From: the human T2T-CHM13v2.0 reference genome, Homo sapiens
Length of the DNA: 64,000 nucleotides
Direction: 5' to 3' (one strand)
Assembly: GCF_009914755.1 (NCBI RefSeq)
Contig: NC_060927.1
Under the pieces are notes generated by a model. The model was not told where the DNA came from. It ran no database searches and saw only the letters and a program-made list of their open reading frames with translations. The stretch's first letter is position 1; every line of letters begins with the position of its first letter. Positions 43,746-56,974 of this stretch are shown here, one piece after another. Position numbers and translations under genes: made by a program.

Positions 43746-43881
43746 AACAAATAAACAGAAAACAATGAGGATTAGATATCCCTTCTCCATCTTGAAGCTA
43801 ATCATGTGATCCCCAGGGTTGATGTGGAAAAAAGAGGAATGTACAGGACATTACAGCTTAGCAGCTCAGGCTCAATGTTAA

Positions 43882-43975
43882 CTGTGATGGCTAATATTAT
43901 GTATCAATCTCCCTGGGTTACAGTGCACAATTGCTTGGTCAAACACCAGTCTAGATCCTGTTGTAAACGTATTTT
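43882..43975 (+). mobile_element. MLT2C-like LTR, left part (split by an L1 insertion)
   Basis: tgtgatggctaatattatgt...ggtcaaacaccagtctagat. Confidence 0.8.
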
Positions 43976-46900
43976 GTTATTCATTAATTTTTATTTGTAA
44001 TTGATACACAAAGTTGTACAAATTTGTGTGGTACAGTGTGATGTTTCAATGCAGGTATATATTGCATAATTATCAAATCTGGGTAATTACTGTATCTGTC
44101 GCTTTATACATCTATCATTTTCTTGTAGTGATAATGTTCAAAATCTTCTCTTCTAGCTATCTGGAAATATACACTACATTGTTATTTGCTATAGTCAACC
44201 TACTGTGTAATAAAACACTATAATTTATTCCTCCTGTCTAACTGTAACTTTGTACCTATTGACTTATTTCTCCTTACTAGTTTGTTTCAGTTTTCTATGT
44301 CTACATAGTTCAATCTTGTTAAGTTGTATGTGTCCAGACATTTATCCATTTCTTCTAGATGTTTCAATTTGTTGGCATATAGTTGTTCATAATAGTTTTT
44401 CTAATGATTTTATGTTTTTCTATTATATAAGTTGTAATGTCTCCATTTTCATCTCTGGTTTTATTTATTTAAGTCTTCTCTCCTTGTTTCTTATTATAGA
44501 TAACAGTTTGTTGTTTTTTTTAACTTTTCAAAAAACTCTGATATTTTTTATATGGTTTTTTAATCCCTATTTTGTATATTTCTGCTCTGATTTTTGTCAT
44601 GTCTTTCCTTCTGCTAATTTTGGGTTTTGTTTTTTTTCTTATTTTTCTAGTTCCCCTGAGGTGTAATGTTAAGTTCTTTGAGATCCTTCTACTTTTTTAT
44701 GTAGGAAGTTATTGCTATAAACATTCTTCTTTGAGCTCATTTGCTATATCCCATAGGTTTTGTTATGTTATGTTTCCATTTTCTTTTCACACAATGAATT
44801 CTTAAATCTTACTTTCTTTCATTGACCCATTTTTTTGTCCAGAAGCATGTTATTTAATTTACATAAACTTATACAGTTTATAATATTTCTTTTGTTATTG
44901 ATTTCTAGTTTTATTCCATTGTGGTCAGAAAAGATACTTGATGTGATTCCAATTTTTTAAACTTTGTTAAGACTTGTTTTGTGAGCTAACATATGGTCTA
45001 TCCTGGGGAAGCTTCCATGTACTACTGAGGAAAAAAAAAACCGTATTCTACAGCTGTTGGATGGAATGTTATATAAATATCTGTTAAGTACATTTGGTCT
45101 AGAGTTTAAAATTCAGTGTTTTTTTTGTTGTTTTTCTGTCTAGATGGTCTGTCCATTGCTGAAAGTGGGGTGTTGAAATCCTCTATCGTATTATAGTCAA
45201 TCTTTCCCTTTAGGCCTATTAATATTGGTTTACATATTTAGGTACTCTTCTGTTGTGTGCATATATATTTACAATTGTTATATTTTCTTGCTGTATTGAT
45301 CCCTTTATCATTATATAATGGTCTTCTTTGTATTCTGTCATTGTTCTTAAATTAAAGTTTATTTACCTGATAGAAGCATGGCTAAGAGGCTCTCTCGGTT
45401 TCCATTTTCATGGAGTATCTGTTTCCATCCCTTCATTTTTTTCTCTCATGTCTTCATAGGTGAATTGAAGTTCTTGTAAACTACATACAGTTGGGTCTTG
45501 TTTTTCTAATCCATTCAATCTATGACTTTTAATTGAATAGTTTAATTCATTTCCATTCAAGGTTGTTAGTGATGTATAGGTAGGCTTTATTACTGCCACC
45601 TGTTTTACTTGTTTTCTGATTGTCTTGTATATTTTTTCTTCTTTTTTTTCCTCTTTCACTATCTTCCTTTCTGGTTAAGTGATTTTGTCTGTAGTATGTT
45701 TTGATTCTGTGCTGTTAACTTTTAAGGTACCTATTATAGCTTTTTGCTCTGTGATTATCATGAGGCTTACAAATAAAATATTGTAGCCATAACAGTTTAT
45801 TTTAAGCTAACAACAACTTAACTTTGATCTCAAATAAAAGTGACAAAAATAAACTCTACAATTTAACACCATTCCCCACCCATCATTTTGATTTTGGCAT
45901 GTTTCAATTTATATATTTTCATATTGCTCATTTCTTAAAAAATTGTCGTAGTTATTACTGTCTTTAATAGTTTTGCCCTTTAATCTTCATTCTTAAAATA
46001 TAAGTGGTTTACACACCACAATTACATCATTAGATTATTCTAAATGTGTCTGTATTGTTACTTTTTCAAGTGAGTTTTTTAGCTTCAGATATTTTCTCGT
46101 TATATTTTAGCATCCCTTTCTTTCAAATTTAAGAACTCTCTTTAACATTTGTTGTAAGAAATCTGGTGTTGATGAATTCCTTCAGCTTTTGTTTGTCTGG
46201 GAAAGTCTCTCTTTTGTCTTAGAAGGCTAGTTTTCTGGGTATGTTATTCTTGGCTGTAAGTTGCTCTTGTCGTTGTTTTCCCTTCAGTCCCTGGAATATA
46301 TTATTCTGCTCTCTCCAGTGTTTCTGTTAAGAAATATTCTGAAAGCCGTATTGGAGCTTCATTGAATGTGATGTGTGTCTTTTCTATTGCTGCTCTTACT
46401 ATTTTTTTGTCTTTGATTTTGAATAGTTTGATTATGATGTATCTTGTGGATTTCCTCCTTGGGCTGAATTTGATTGGTGACTACTGAGCTTTCTGTACCT
46501 GGATGCTGTTTCTTTCTCCAGGATTGATAAATTTTCAGCCATCATATTTTTAATTACAATTTCTAAGACTTTTTCCTGCTAATCTACTTGAAGAACTCCT
46601 ATTATGTGGATGTCAGTTCACTTGATGTTCTCCCATAAATCTCGTAAGACTTCTTTATGCTTTCTGATTCCTTTTCCATTTTTGCTTATCTGATGGAGTA
46701 ATTTTATGTGTTCTGCCTTAGAGGTCACTGTCTTTTCTCTGTTTGATCAACTCTGCTTTTGAAGTTTTCTAATGAGTTTTTCAGTTTGATTATGCATTTT
46801 TTTATTTCTGAGATTTATGTTTTTAAAATGGTTTCTCTTTCTTTGTCAAATTTCATATTTTGTTCCTGGATTGTCTTCCAAGTTTTATTTAGTTTTCTAT

Positions 46901-47895
46901 CTGCATTTGTGTGATTCATTGAATTTCCTTAAGAGAATTATTTATTCTGAATTTTTATTCAAGCATTTCATATATATTCAGTTCTCCTTGGTCCAATACT
47001 GGATCTTTGTTGGTTTCTTTTAGTGGTGCCATATTTCCCTGAAATTTTACAATCTTCCTGTCTTTACATGCATGCCTGCACACTTGCAGAAAGGGCCATT
47101 TATTCCAGCTTTTGAAGATATTTGTTGGTGGTGCTAAACCTTTACTACTTAATATCAGAGGTTAATTGCTGGCTTGCCATTGCTTCTCAGTCTGGGGAAG
47201 ACTTAGAGTCAATGCTGCACTGGAACTAAATTACTGTCCTGCTGTTATTTCCAGGTCTGGGAAAGATTTCAGCAAGCACAAGATCTTAATTGCCAACCTT
47301 TCAGTTGTCTGCAGGTCAGAGGAAAGCGCCATGTGAGCACTTAGACTTTGTGGAAAATTGGGGCAGGGATTTGGGCCTTCCTGTAAATCATACCTACCTG
47401 CAGTGTTATGGTGCTAGCCAATCTCCTCAGTGTGACATCTCTACTAAGACCCATGCACCTGTCACTTCAATCAGCACCCCCACTTTTGTCCTCAACTTAG
47501 AGTACTAAGTGGTCCAGCCCTCCTGGCACTCTCAATGGTTTTCATGAGATGAGATAAGAGTGGGCTTTGCCTGAATATTTTCACACTGGTGAAATGATCA
47601 AACATCCACCTGCAATTCCTCTCTTCCACCTTCAATACTGTGGGTGGAGGGAAATTCTCCATGAGTGGCATTATGCCAGCTATGGGGAGGATATGATGCA
47701 GTTGCAAATGACCATTCCTCTTTCCAGTTGTGGCTTCTCTCAGTTCTCTGGGCATAAGGAGTTTGTCTGCTTCTCATCCAAGTTCTGGTGAATTCAGGGT
47801 GGCATTCTTGCCTTTTAATAATTTCTAGTTGTACTTTTTTTGACTGAGTGATGCTGGAAAACTTTTTATTCTGCCATCCTGCCAATATTGCTTCT
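43976..47895 (-). mobile_element. L1MA-type element with both ends and a large internal deletion
   Basis: L1MA 3'UTR (43976 to about 44275) joined directly to the ORF2 5' half; EN peptide TTLNGNELNYSIKSHRLNGLEKQDPTVCSLQE; ORF1 remnant; 5' terminus ttattctgccatcctgc. Confidence 0.88.
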
Positions 47896-48246
47896 CTCTA
47901 TATCTGGATTCCACAACAAGGCTTTGGGGTTGCAAATACCTCCATTGACAATTCCTCCCGCTCATGCCAGCTACAGCTTGTTGAGGTATGCTCAGCCTCA
48001 GTTTTGATGTCATCTCTGTAAGACTGTTGTTGTCTTCATGTCAGATGCCAGAGCCGAATCCACAAAGTAGGTGGTTCAAAATGGAAGTAGCTGGCCATGG
48101 GGTTGGAGAAGATGAAGGAAAACCTACAAGTGTGCAGTGGCAGGCCTGGCTGCTGCTCCATACCAAGGAGATGAGCCAGAAGATAAGCAACAATGTGCAT
48201 CAGCTACAGAGGCAACACTCCTAACCTTTTGAGCATAAAAGCAAAA

Positions 48247-48560
48247 TTGATGTGAAATTATTTTTTAAGATACTATTAACACTTAAATCAGTAAATTAAG
48301 TCAAGGAGATGACCCTCCATATTTGGATGGGTTTTATCTAATCAGTTGAAGACCTTAAGACTGAGTGAGCTTTCCTGAGGAAGAAGGAATTCTCCTCAAC
48401 ACTGCATAATAAAAAAAATACAAAACCTAACTAACTTTGAACTCAAACTTGCAACATTACTCTTACATGAACTTGTAAGCTTTCGGCCTTCCCGACAAAT
48501 TTTGGACATGCCGGGGCCCACAATCATGTAAGCCAATTCCTTAAAATCTTGATCCCTCTC

Positions 48561-48597
<37 letters not shown>

Positions 48598-48665
48598 CTG
48601 TATTATCTATTGTGTTATCTATCTAGTATTGGTATTGTTTCTTTGGAAAACCCTATTAATTAATG
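48247..48665 (+). mobile_element. MLT2C-like LTR, right part, containing a (GT)n tract at about 48564-48596
   Basis: attaacacttaaatcag...taatcagttgaagaccttaaga...taagccaattccttaaaat. Confidence 0.85.
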
Positions 48666-48819
48666 TTGATCACTTTACTCAAGGTTCATTGGCCAGACTT
48701 AACCACACAATTACAACCAAACTCAACAATAACCAGAAAATAAAAGGAAGAACTTGAGATACATGATAACCACTATCATCATTCAATTTTCTGTCTCTTA
48801 ATGGCTACTGACTTGATAT

Positions 48820-49155
48820 TAGCTGTCCTTCAGGATCTATAGAAGACTGATTTCAAGATCTTCCACAGATACCAAAATTCATGGATGCTCAAGTTGGTGA
48901 TATAAAATGATGCAGTATTTGTGTACAATTTATGCTCATCCTCCCATAGGCTTTAAATCATTTCTAGACTACTTTTAATACCTAATACAATGTACATAAC
49001 ATGTAAATGGTGATTATACTGTATTGTTTGAAAAATAATGACAAGAATTAAAAGTCTACATGTTCAGTACAGATACAATTTTTATTTGGGATTTTTGAAA
49101 TCTATAATCAGTTGAAATAATTGATGAAGAATCCACAGACAAGGAGGGTTGACTA
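48820..49155 (+). mobile_element. MER2 (TcMar-Tigger)
   Basis: cagataccaaaattcatggatgctcaagt...gtctacatgttcagtacagat...ggagggttgact. Confidence 0.85.
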
Positions 49156-51594
49156 CACTTGCAAATAAAGTCCAGATTTGGGAGGGGGATACAACCTGTT
49201 TGCCTCTATCAATTCTCTAGTATTCTATATAGAAAGAAAAGGTAAACAAATTTCTTGTGTTGTATATTTAGTTTCAAGAAGATGTAAACCTTCCTAGTAG
49301 AGAACTAGTCTCATATTACTTAAGAGACAGAAAAAAAGAGAGACAAATGTAAGAACTCTTTTTTTAAAGCAGAAACTTCCTGTGTATAGACAAATCAAGC
49401 TAATCAGAAGCAGTTGACCAGATAACAAAATGTTTCAGATAAGAGAAGTACAGAACAGCTCTATTCTATTCTCTCCTAACTCTGTACACACACACAAACT
49501 TTCTGATTAAAATGAGCAATTTTCATAAGCTGAGGGCAATATTAAACTTTGAATTTCTGGGACCTTGGCAATGTCAGAGGAGAAAATTCAGAACACTTTC
49601 TTTGTTCCTATAAAATGAACTAATTCAATCCATGCATGCTTTGTATTTTTTCTTGCCTCTGTGCATTTGCACATGCTGTTTTCACTGCCAAGGATGCACA
49701 ATTTTCTGCATTGCTCTTTACTGGACTATTTGCATGTTGCTATGCAAGAGAGAGCCTAAGCAGGATTAGAGTCTTCTTAGACCTCCATAGTCTCTGAGAC
49801 AAACTAAATTTAAGCTATGACGGCAACAGTGAAATCTAACCCTCAAATTAACTTTTCTCTATTTGGAAATCCTGGGGATCTTCATCCACCGGCCTACTCC
49901 TCATCCATATGTGTTTCTGCCCAACACGTGTTTTCTTGCATAATTTGAGGAAATGGAGTGGGAAATACTTGTGATTATGTTCTTTAAATATAAAAATATA
50001 AATGTATAATGTAATCTTTCGAAGAACTAAAAAAAAAAAATTGTCTCAGAAGAGTGAGACTTTGGAAAGGGAATAGTGAGGAGAATAAAACCTTCACGTA
50101 CACATTCTGTACCTTCATATCCGGTTGCTGTTATTTTGAAATGGGATGCATAGATTACCTAAGTATCATATCAATAAATTTAAAATAACAATAGTAGCAA
50201 AAGTACATTAACTCTTCCAATCTTCAAAATTTAATTGTATGGAGAAAAATCTGCCTCTTTGTCAAACTTGTATTAATTTAAATATTCAAAGATTTTCAAA
50301 ATTGTTATTGAAATAAAAGAAATCTAATAGAGGCTCACATTTTATTTTACTTCTCTACACATAGAAGAGGAAGTGCTTAAGAACTTATCTTTACCTAAGA
50401 AAAGTCAAAATGAAAGTATTTATACCTTTCAGAAAACAGTGATGTCCACTAAAGTACAATTTTCAATCGTATTATATATTATGAGAGGTTAAACATAGAT
50501 TTCATAGGAAATAAAATAATCCCCAAATCCAGAGATTCTCTAAGACTTCTTTGTTGGAAATATCTTAAGAACAATTAAGAAGCAGAAGACTATTTGCTCA
50601 AATACAACTGTACAGAAAGAAGGAAGTCCTTTCTAATTTTTATTTTGTTAAGGTTCTTTCACTAGCACTGAGAAAAGTCATGTTATAAATGTAAAGAAAG
50701 AAATCTGGTCTTATAAGATTGAAATTTACAATAAAGGGGAAAAATGACAGAATGAGAGTTTTAACAAATGGATGTAAAGTTTATGATAATTTGCATCTAC
50801 ATGTGGAATAAATTATTAGCCATAAGCAGAAACTCTGAAACTGTCAAGTCCCCAGAAGCACTATTTATGGCTGAAAATACAGCTAAACTTTCTTTATTCA
50901 GTAAAAAAGTTTCAGGCTTTGTAGTAGAGAAAAATAAATAGGGCTCTCATTCTCAATGTGATATGTTTTAATAATCCCTAGTAGAACTGTGTTGCTCTTA
51001 TTTATAATTATAATCAAGAACTGGCATTAAAAGAATACCTTTTAAAATTAAGAGTTTTCTACTTTTTAAAATTAAGAGGACTTAGAAAGCAAGAATATGC
51101 GTTTTCTTGCATAATTTGAGGAAATGGAGTGGGAAATATTTGCAATTATGTTCTTTAATAAAATACTACTCTGCAATTAAAAAAATATTTTACATAATGT
51201 TCTATTAAGTTTTAATAAATCTCAAAGCCTTGATTTTCAGGCATATAGATATTTCTGAATATGCTTAATTTCAGAAAAGTGCTACATAAAGCACAATATT
51301 TATTATTTATCTATATTTTCCAATGTAGTCAAGCATGAAGAGAAAACCAATGAAATAAGAATAGAAAAAAGCCAATAGATCAAAAGAGGAAAAAATAAAC
51401 AATTGTAATAATATTATAGGAAGAACACTCTTATTTCCTCCTTCTTATTCTAATTATTTTTTGAAAAACATATTACATACATATTCAATGTCCTATAAAT
51501 CCTTATATCTACAGTTGTAAGAGAGGTTTGCTCTCCTCTTATTTAAGTTCATTGCAAGGAGTGGAGTCTGGCCAATCAGTCCAATATTTGCAAT

Positions 51595-51725
51595 AAGGTT
51601 AGCATGACCATTCTGAATCTTCCAGTAACAGTTGAAATGTATACCTTTTGGTCCTATGTAATTATTAATAGTTCCCCCTTTCACTCTAAAAGTCAACATG
51701 GTTTAAATGATATATGATCACCCTA
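51595..51725. mobile_element. MER94-like hAT-Blackjack MITE
   Basis: gtaattattaatagttccccctttcactctaaaag...atatgatcacccta. Confidence 0.7.
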
Positions 51726-51734
51726 AAGGTTGTT

Positions 51735-53385
51735 TTATATAATTTCAACTTGTCTTTTAGAATCAGGGGGTTAATGTGCTAGCTTGTTACCTAGGTATAT
51801 TGCATGGTGCTGAGATCGAGGGTACAACTGATCACATCAACCAGGTACTAAACAAAATACTCAAAAGTCAGTTTTTCAAACCTTGCTCCCCTTCCATCCT
51901 CTCCCCTCTAGTGGTCTCCACTGTCTCTTGTTGCGGCATTTATGTCCATGATTACCCATTGTTCAGCTCCCACTTATAAGTGACAACCTGCAGTATGGCT
52001 TTCTGTTCCTGCATTAATTCGCTTAGGATAATGGCCTCTAGCTTCATCCATGCTGCCGTAAAGAACATACTTTTGTTCTTTTTTATGCTTGTGTATTCCA
52101 TGATACACATGTACCCTATTTTCTTTATCCAATCCACTGTTCATAGGCAACTAGGTTGATTTCATATTTTTGTTATTGTGAATAGTGCTGCAGTGAACAT
52201 ACATGTCTCTTTTGAGTAAACTGATTTATTTTCCTCTGGATATATACCCAGTAATGGAATTTCTAGGTTAAATAGTAGTTCTGTTTTAAGCTATTTGAGA
52301 AATCTCCAAACTGCTTCCTATAGTGGTTGAACTAATTTACATTTCTACCTACAGTGTGTAAGTGTTCCCTTTCCTCTCTGCAGCTTTGCCAGGATCTATT
52401 GTTTATTTTTACTTCTTGATAATAGTCATTCTGATTTATGTGAAATGGTGTCTTATGGTGGATTTGATTTACATTTCTCTGATGATTAGTGATGATGAGA
52501 ACCGTTTTTATATTTGTTGGCTACATATATGTCTTCTTTTGAGAAATGTCTGTTCATGTCTTTTGCTCATTTTTAATGAGGTTATTTGGTTTTTGCTTGT
52601 TCATTTGTTTAAGTTCCTTATAGATTCTTGATATTAGACCTTTGTGAAATACATAGCTTGCAAATATTTTCTTCCGTTATGTAGGTTGTCTGTTTACTCA
52701 GTTGATAGTTATGTTTTGCTGTGTAGAAACTCTTTAATTAGTCCCATTTATCAATTATTGGTTTTGCTGCAATTGCTTTTATGACTTGGTTATAAATTCT
52801 TTCCCAAGGCCAATGTCCAGAATGGTGTTTCACAGGCTTTATCTAGGATTTTTATAGTTTGAGGTCTTATACTTACATCTTTAATCCATTTTGAGTTAAT
52901 ATTTGCATATGGTGAAATCTAGGGGTCCAGTTTTATTTTCGGTATATGGCTAGCCTGCTATTCCAGCACCATTTATTGAATAGGTAGTGATTTCCTCATT
53001 GCTTATTTTTGTTGACTTTGTCAAAAATCAGGTGGCTGTAGGTGTGTGTCTTTATTTCTGGGTCATGTAATCTGTTCCATTGGTCTTTATGTCTGTTTGT
53101 AAACCAGTACCATACTATTTCGCTTACTATAGCCTTATAGGACAGTTTGAGATTTGTTGATGTGATGCCTCTAGCTTTGTTCTTTTTGCTTAAGACTGCT
53201 TTGTCTATTCAGGCTTTTTTGGTTCCACATGATTTTTGGAATATCTTTTTCTAGTTCTGTGAAAAATGACATTGGTAACTTGATTGGAAAAACATTTAAT
53301 CTGTAGATTGCTCTGGGCAATATGACCATTTTAACAATATTGATTCTTTCAATCCACGAGCATGAAATGTGTTTCTATTTGTTTG
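51735..53385 (-). mobile_element. 5'-truncated L1PA15/16-like element
   Basis: 3'UTR plus ORF2 3' region; peptide MDWIKKIGYMCIMEY...AAWMKLEAIILSEL. Confidence 0.92.
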
Positions 53386-53401
53386 GGTTTAACAAAGAAA
53401 A

Positions 53402-53580
53402 GCCTGACCAGGAACAGTGGTGTGCACCTGTAGTCCCAACTACTCTGGAGGCTGAAGTGGAAGGATCACTTGATCCCAGAAGTTTAAGGCTGCAGTGAGC
53501 TATGATCACACCACTGCACTACAGCCTGAGTAACAGGGTAAGACCCTGTGTGGGTCTTACTAAAAAAAATTGTAAAAAAG
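53402..53580 (+). mobile_element. FRAM / AluJ right monomer
   Basis: ggatcacttgatcccagaagtttaaggctgcagtgagctatgatc. Confidence 0.88.
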
Positions 53581-53645
53581 AAAGTTTAACACTCAGACAC
53601 CTCAGAAAAAAAATCATAACCCTACCATCCCCCTCCCCCCCACCA

Positions 53646-53981
<336 letters not shown>

Positions 53982-54015
53982 TGAAAAAAAAAAATGTCTT
54001 AAGAAATAAAAAATA

Positions 54016-54860
<845 letters not shown>

Positions 54861-55893
54861 TAAACAAATACAACCTCATCTTGCTAAAACTTAAACTTCA
54901 AAGTTTGTTCAGAACCTGAGGTAAACTTAGAGTCAACTTATTCCAGAACATTAGTTTATTGATCTTCTTAAAATTTTTCCACCATTACTATGACTCAGTT
55001 ATCCTTTGTTCTCTTCTTTGTGATTTTCTCTCCAATCCCACCCTGCTACCAGATAACACATTTGGTTACACCATAATTCCCAGAGCCTAGTCTCTCACTC
55101 AGTTCAATAGTACCTGCAATGAGATGTCACTTGATAGGAACATAACCTCCCTAGTCATGAAACTGCCTCTGGCAATATCCTTGACCATGGACTATAACTG
55201 AAGCTGTCTTTGTTAGAAGGAGGAATAGACAAATAAATATTTCAATATAAACACACAGATGTATATATGGATATAGATGTCTATTGGTTATCATTTTTAT
55301 AAATTTACATAATTTTCAAAATGTCTGAAGGAGTATATACCAAAGTAAGAAAACTTTTGAAGAGAACTCTAGAATTAAAGATTTTAGTCATTTATTAATT
55401 GCAAAATTAAAAAAAATCAAAAGAGCAATTCCTCTGCCCTCTGTCATGAAGAATTAGAGGAAATTTCTATAAAGGCTACAAATATTATTTTTGAGAAATT
55501 ATATTTTCTGTATAGCAAAAAACTAAAGTAACTTGGAATTTTAATATAGATATGAAATCAAAAAGCTAGTATTACTTCATGAATGCTGTTTTTTTCTTTT
55601 CCAGAAGGCTTAACTTGTATTTCCTTATAAAACATGAGGAATTGTGAATAACTACAGTCTAGCAAGGTTACTAAAGACTGAATAATATTTCTCCCTTCTG
55701 TAGGACTTTATCACTGGTGTCTGTTACTATAAGGAAGATATTTTCTGTTGATATCAGGAATGCCAACTTCTAAAGTGTTCCTATGGGTAAAAGTCCAGGT
55801 ACCTTGATTGTTAATGTGTATGCTACAGTGCAAACCATACCATTATGGGCTTCCTGAGGACAGAATGAATGAACCTCTTAAGTTAAAAAAATA

Positions 55894-56323
55894 CAGTTGA
55901 TCCTTGAACAATGTGAGGGTTAGGAGCTCTGATCCCCTTCTGCATTTGAAACCCCAATTTAACTATTCACTCCCTAAAATCTTAACTACTAATAGACTGC
56001 TGTTGACTGGAAGCTTTACCAATAACATAAACAGACAATTGATAGATCATGTATGTCATATGTGCTATATATACTGTATTATTAATAAAGTAAATAGAGA
56101 AAATAAAATGTTATTAAGAAAATTATAAAGAAGAGAAAACAGATTTACTCTTCATTAAGTGCAAGTGAACCATCATAAAGGTCTTCCTTATCATCTTCAC
56201 ATTGAGCAGGGTGAGGAGGAGGAGGAAAAGGATGGATTTGTCTCGCTGTCTCAGGCAAAGTCAGAAGAAACTTCACACAAGTGAACCTACACAGTCTGAA
56301 TACATTTTGTCCAAGGGTAAATG
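55894..56323 (+). mobile_element. Tigger2a-like DNA transposon
   Basis: TIRs cagttgatccttgaacaa and ttgtccaagggtaaatg, each flanked by TA. Confidence 0.88.
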
Positions 56324-56974
56324 TAATGGCTAGTTTTAGTTTGCAGTACTTTTTCTAGCCATGTTTTTCATATGGCACAAATTGTGAATGCTCATATTAG
56401 AAAATAAATATGCATGGTTATTTCTCTATCGTTGTGCTATATATAAATATAAACTCTTAATGGCAGTTAGAAGCATAGGGCATGTCAGGAAAACAGAGAA
56501 AAAATATTATATCTAAGTAAATTAAAATTGGTTAATTGTCTTTGCTGGCAATTTCAGTTTGAGAAGGGAAACCTAGAAAAGAATATTAGAAAAGCAACAA
56601 AAAGGAATCTTTAAAAAAGGAATTTGGATGAGGCAATCTCTCAGGCCACTTCAGACATCACAAATTTATTATTCTATACTATTTCCCTTATTAATACATA
56701 CTTCTACTTGTTGCTATCTATGCAAACATGTAAGCTACTACTGTCTAAACTTTTCCTTTAGTACATCTATACACACACAGCTGTATTCGCCATCCATATT
56801 TTTTACTATCTGTTTTCTTTGTAGACAATGAATGCCAAATATCTTTATCCTGTCTCTTTCCATCATGCACCTTTAAATTCTCATATATATAAATATATAT
56901 GATATATATGTAATATACATATTTTTTAATCTTCATTATTAACTTTCTATTTGTGATAGGCAAAATGATGTTCT

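Noticed and set aside
47988-48224. 78-aa ORF in the L1-associated foreign block as a processed pseudogene
   Set aside because: No protein recognised in any frame I translated and no poly(A) of its own; kept only as an unexplained transduction candidate
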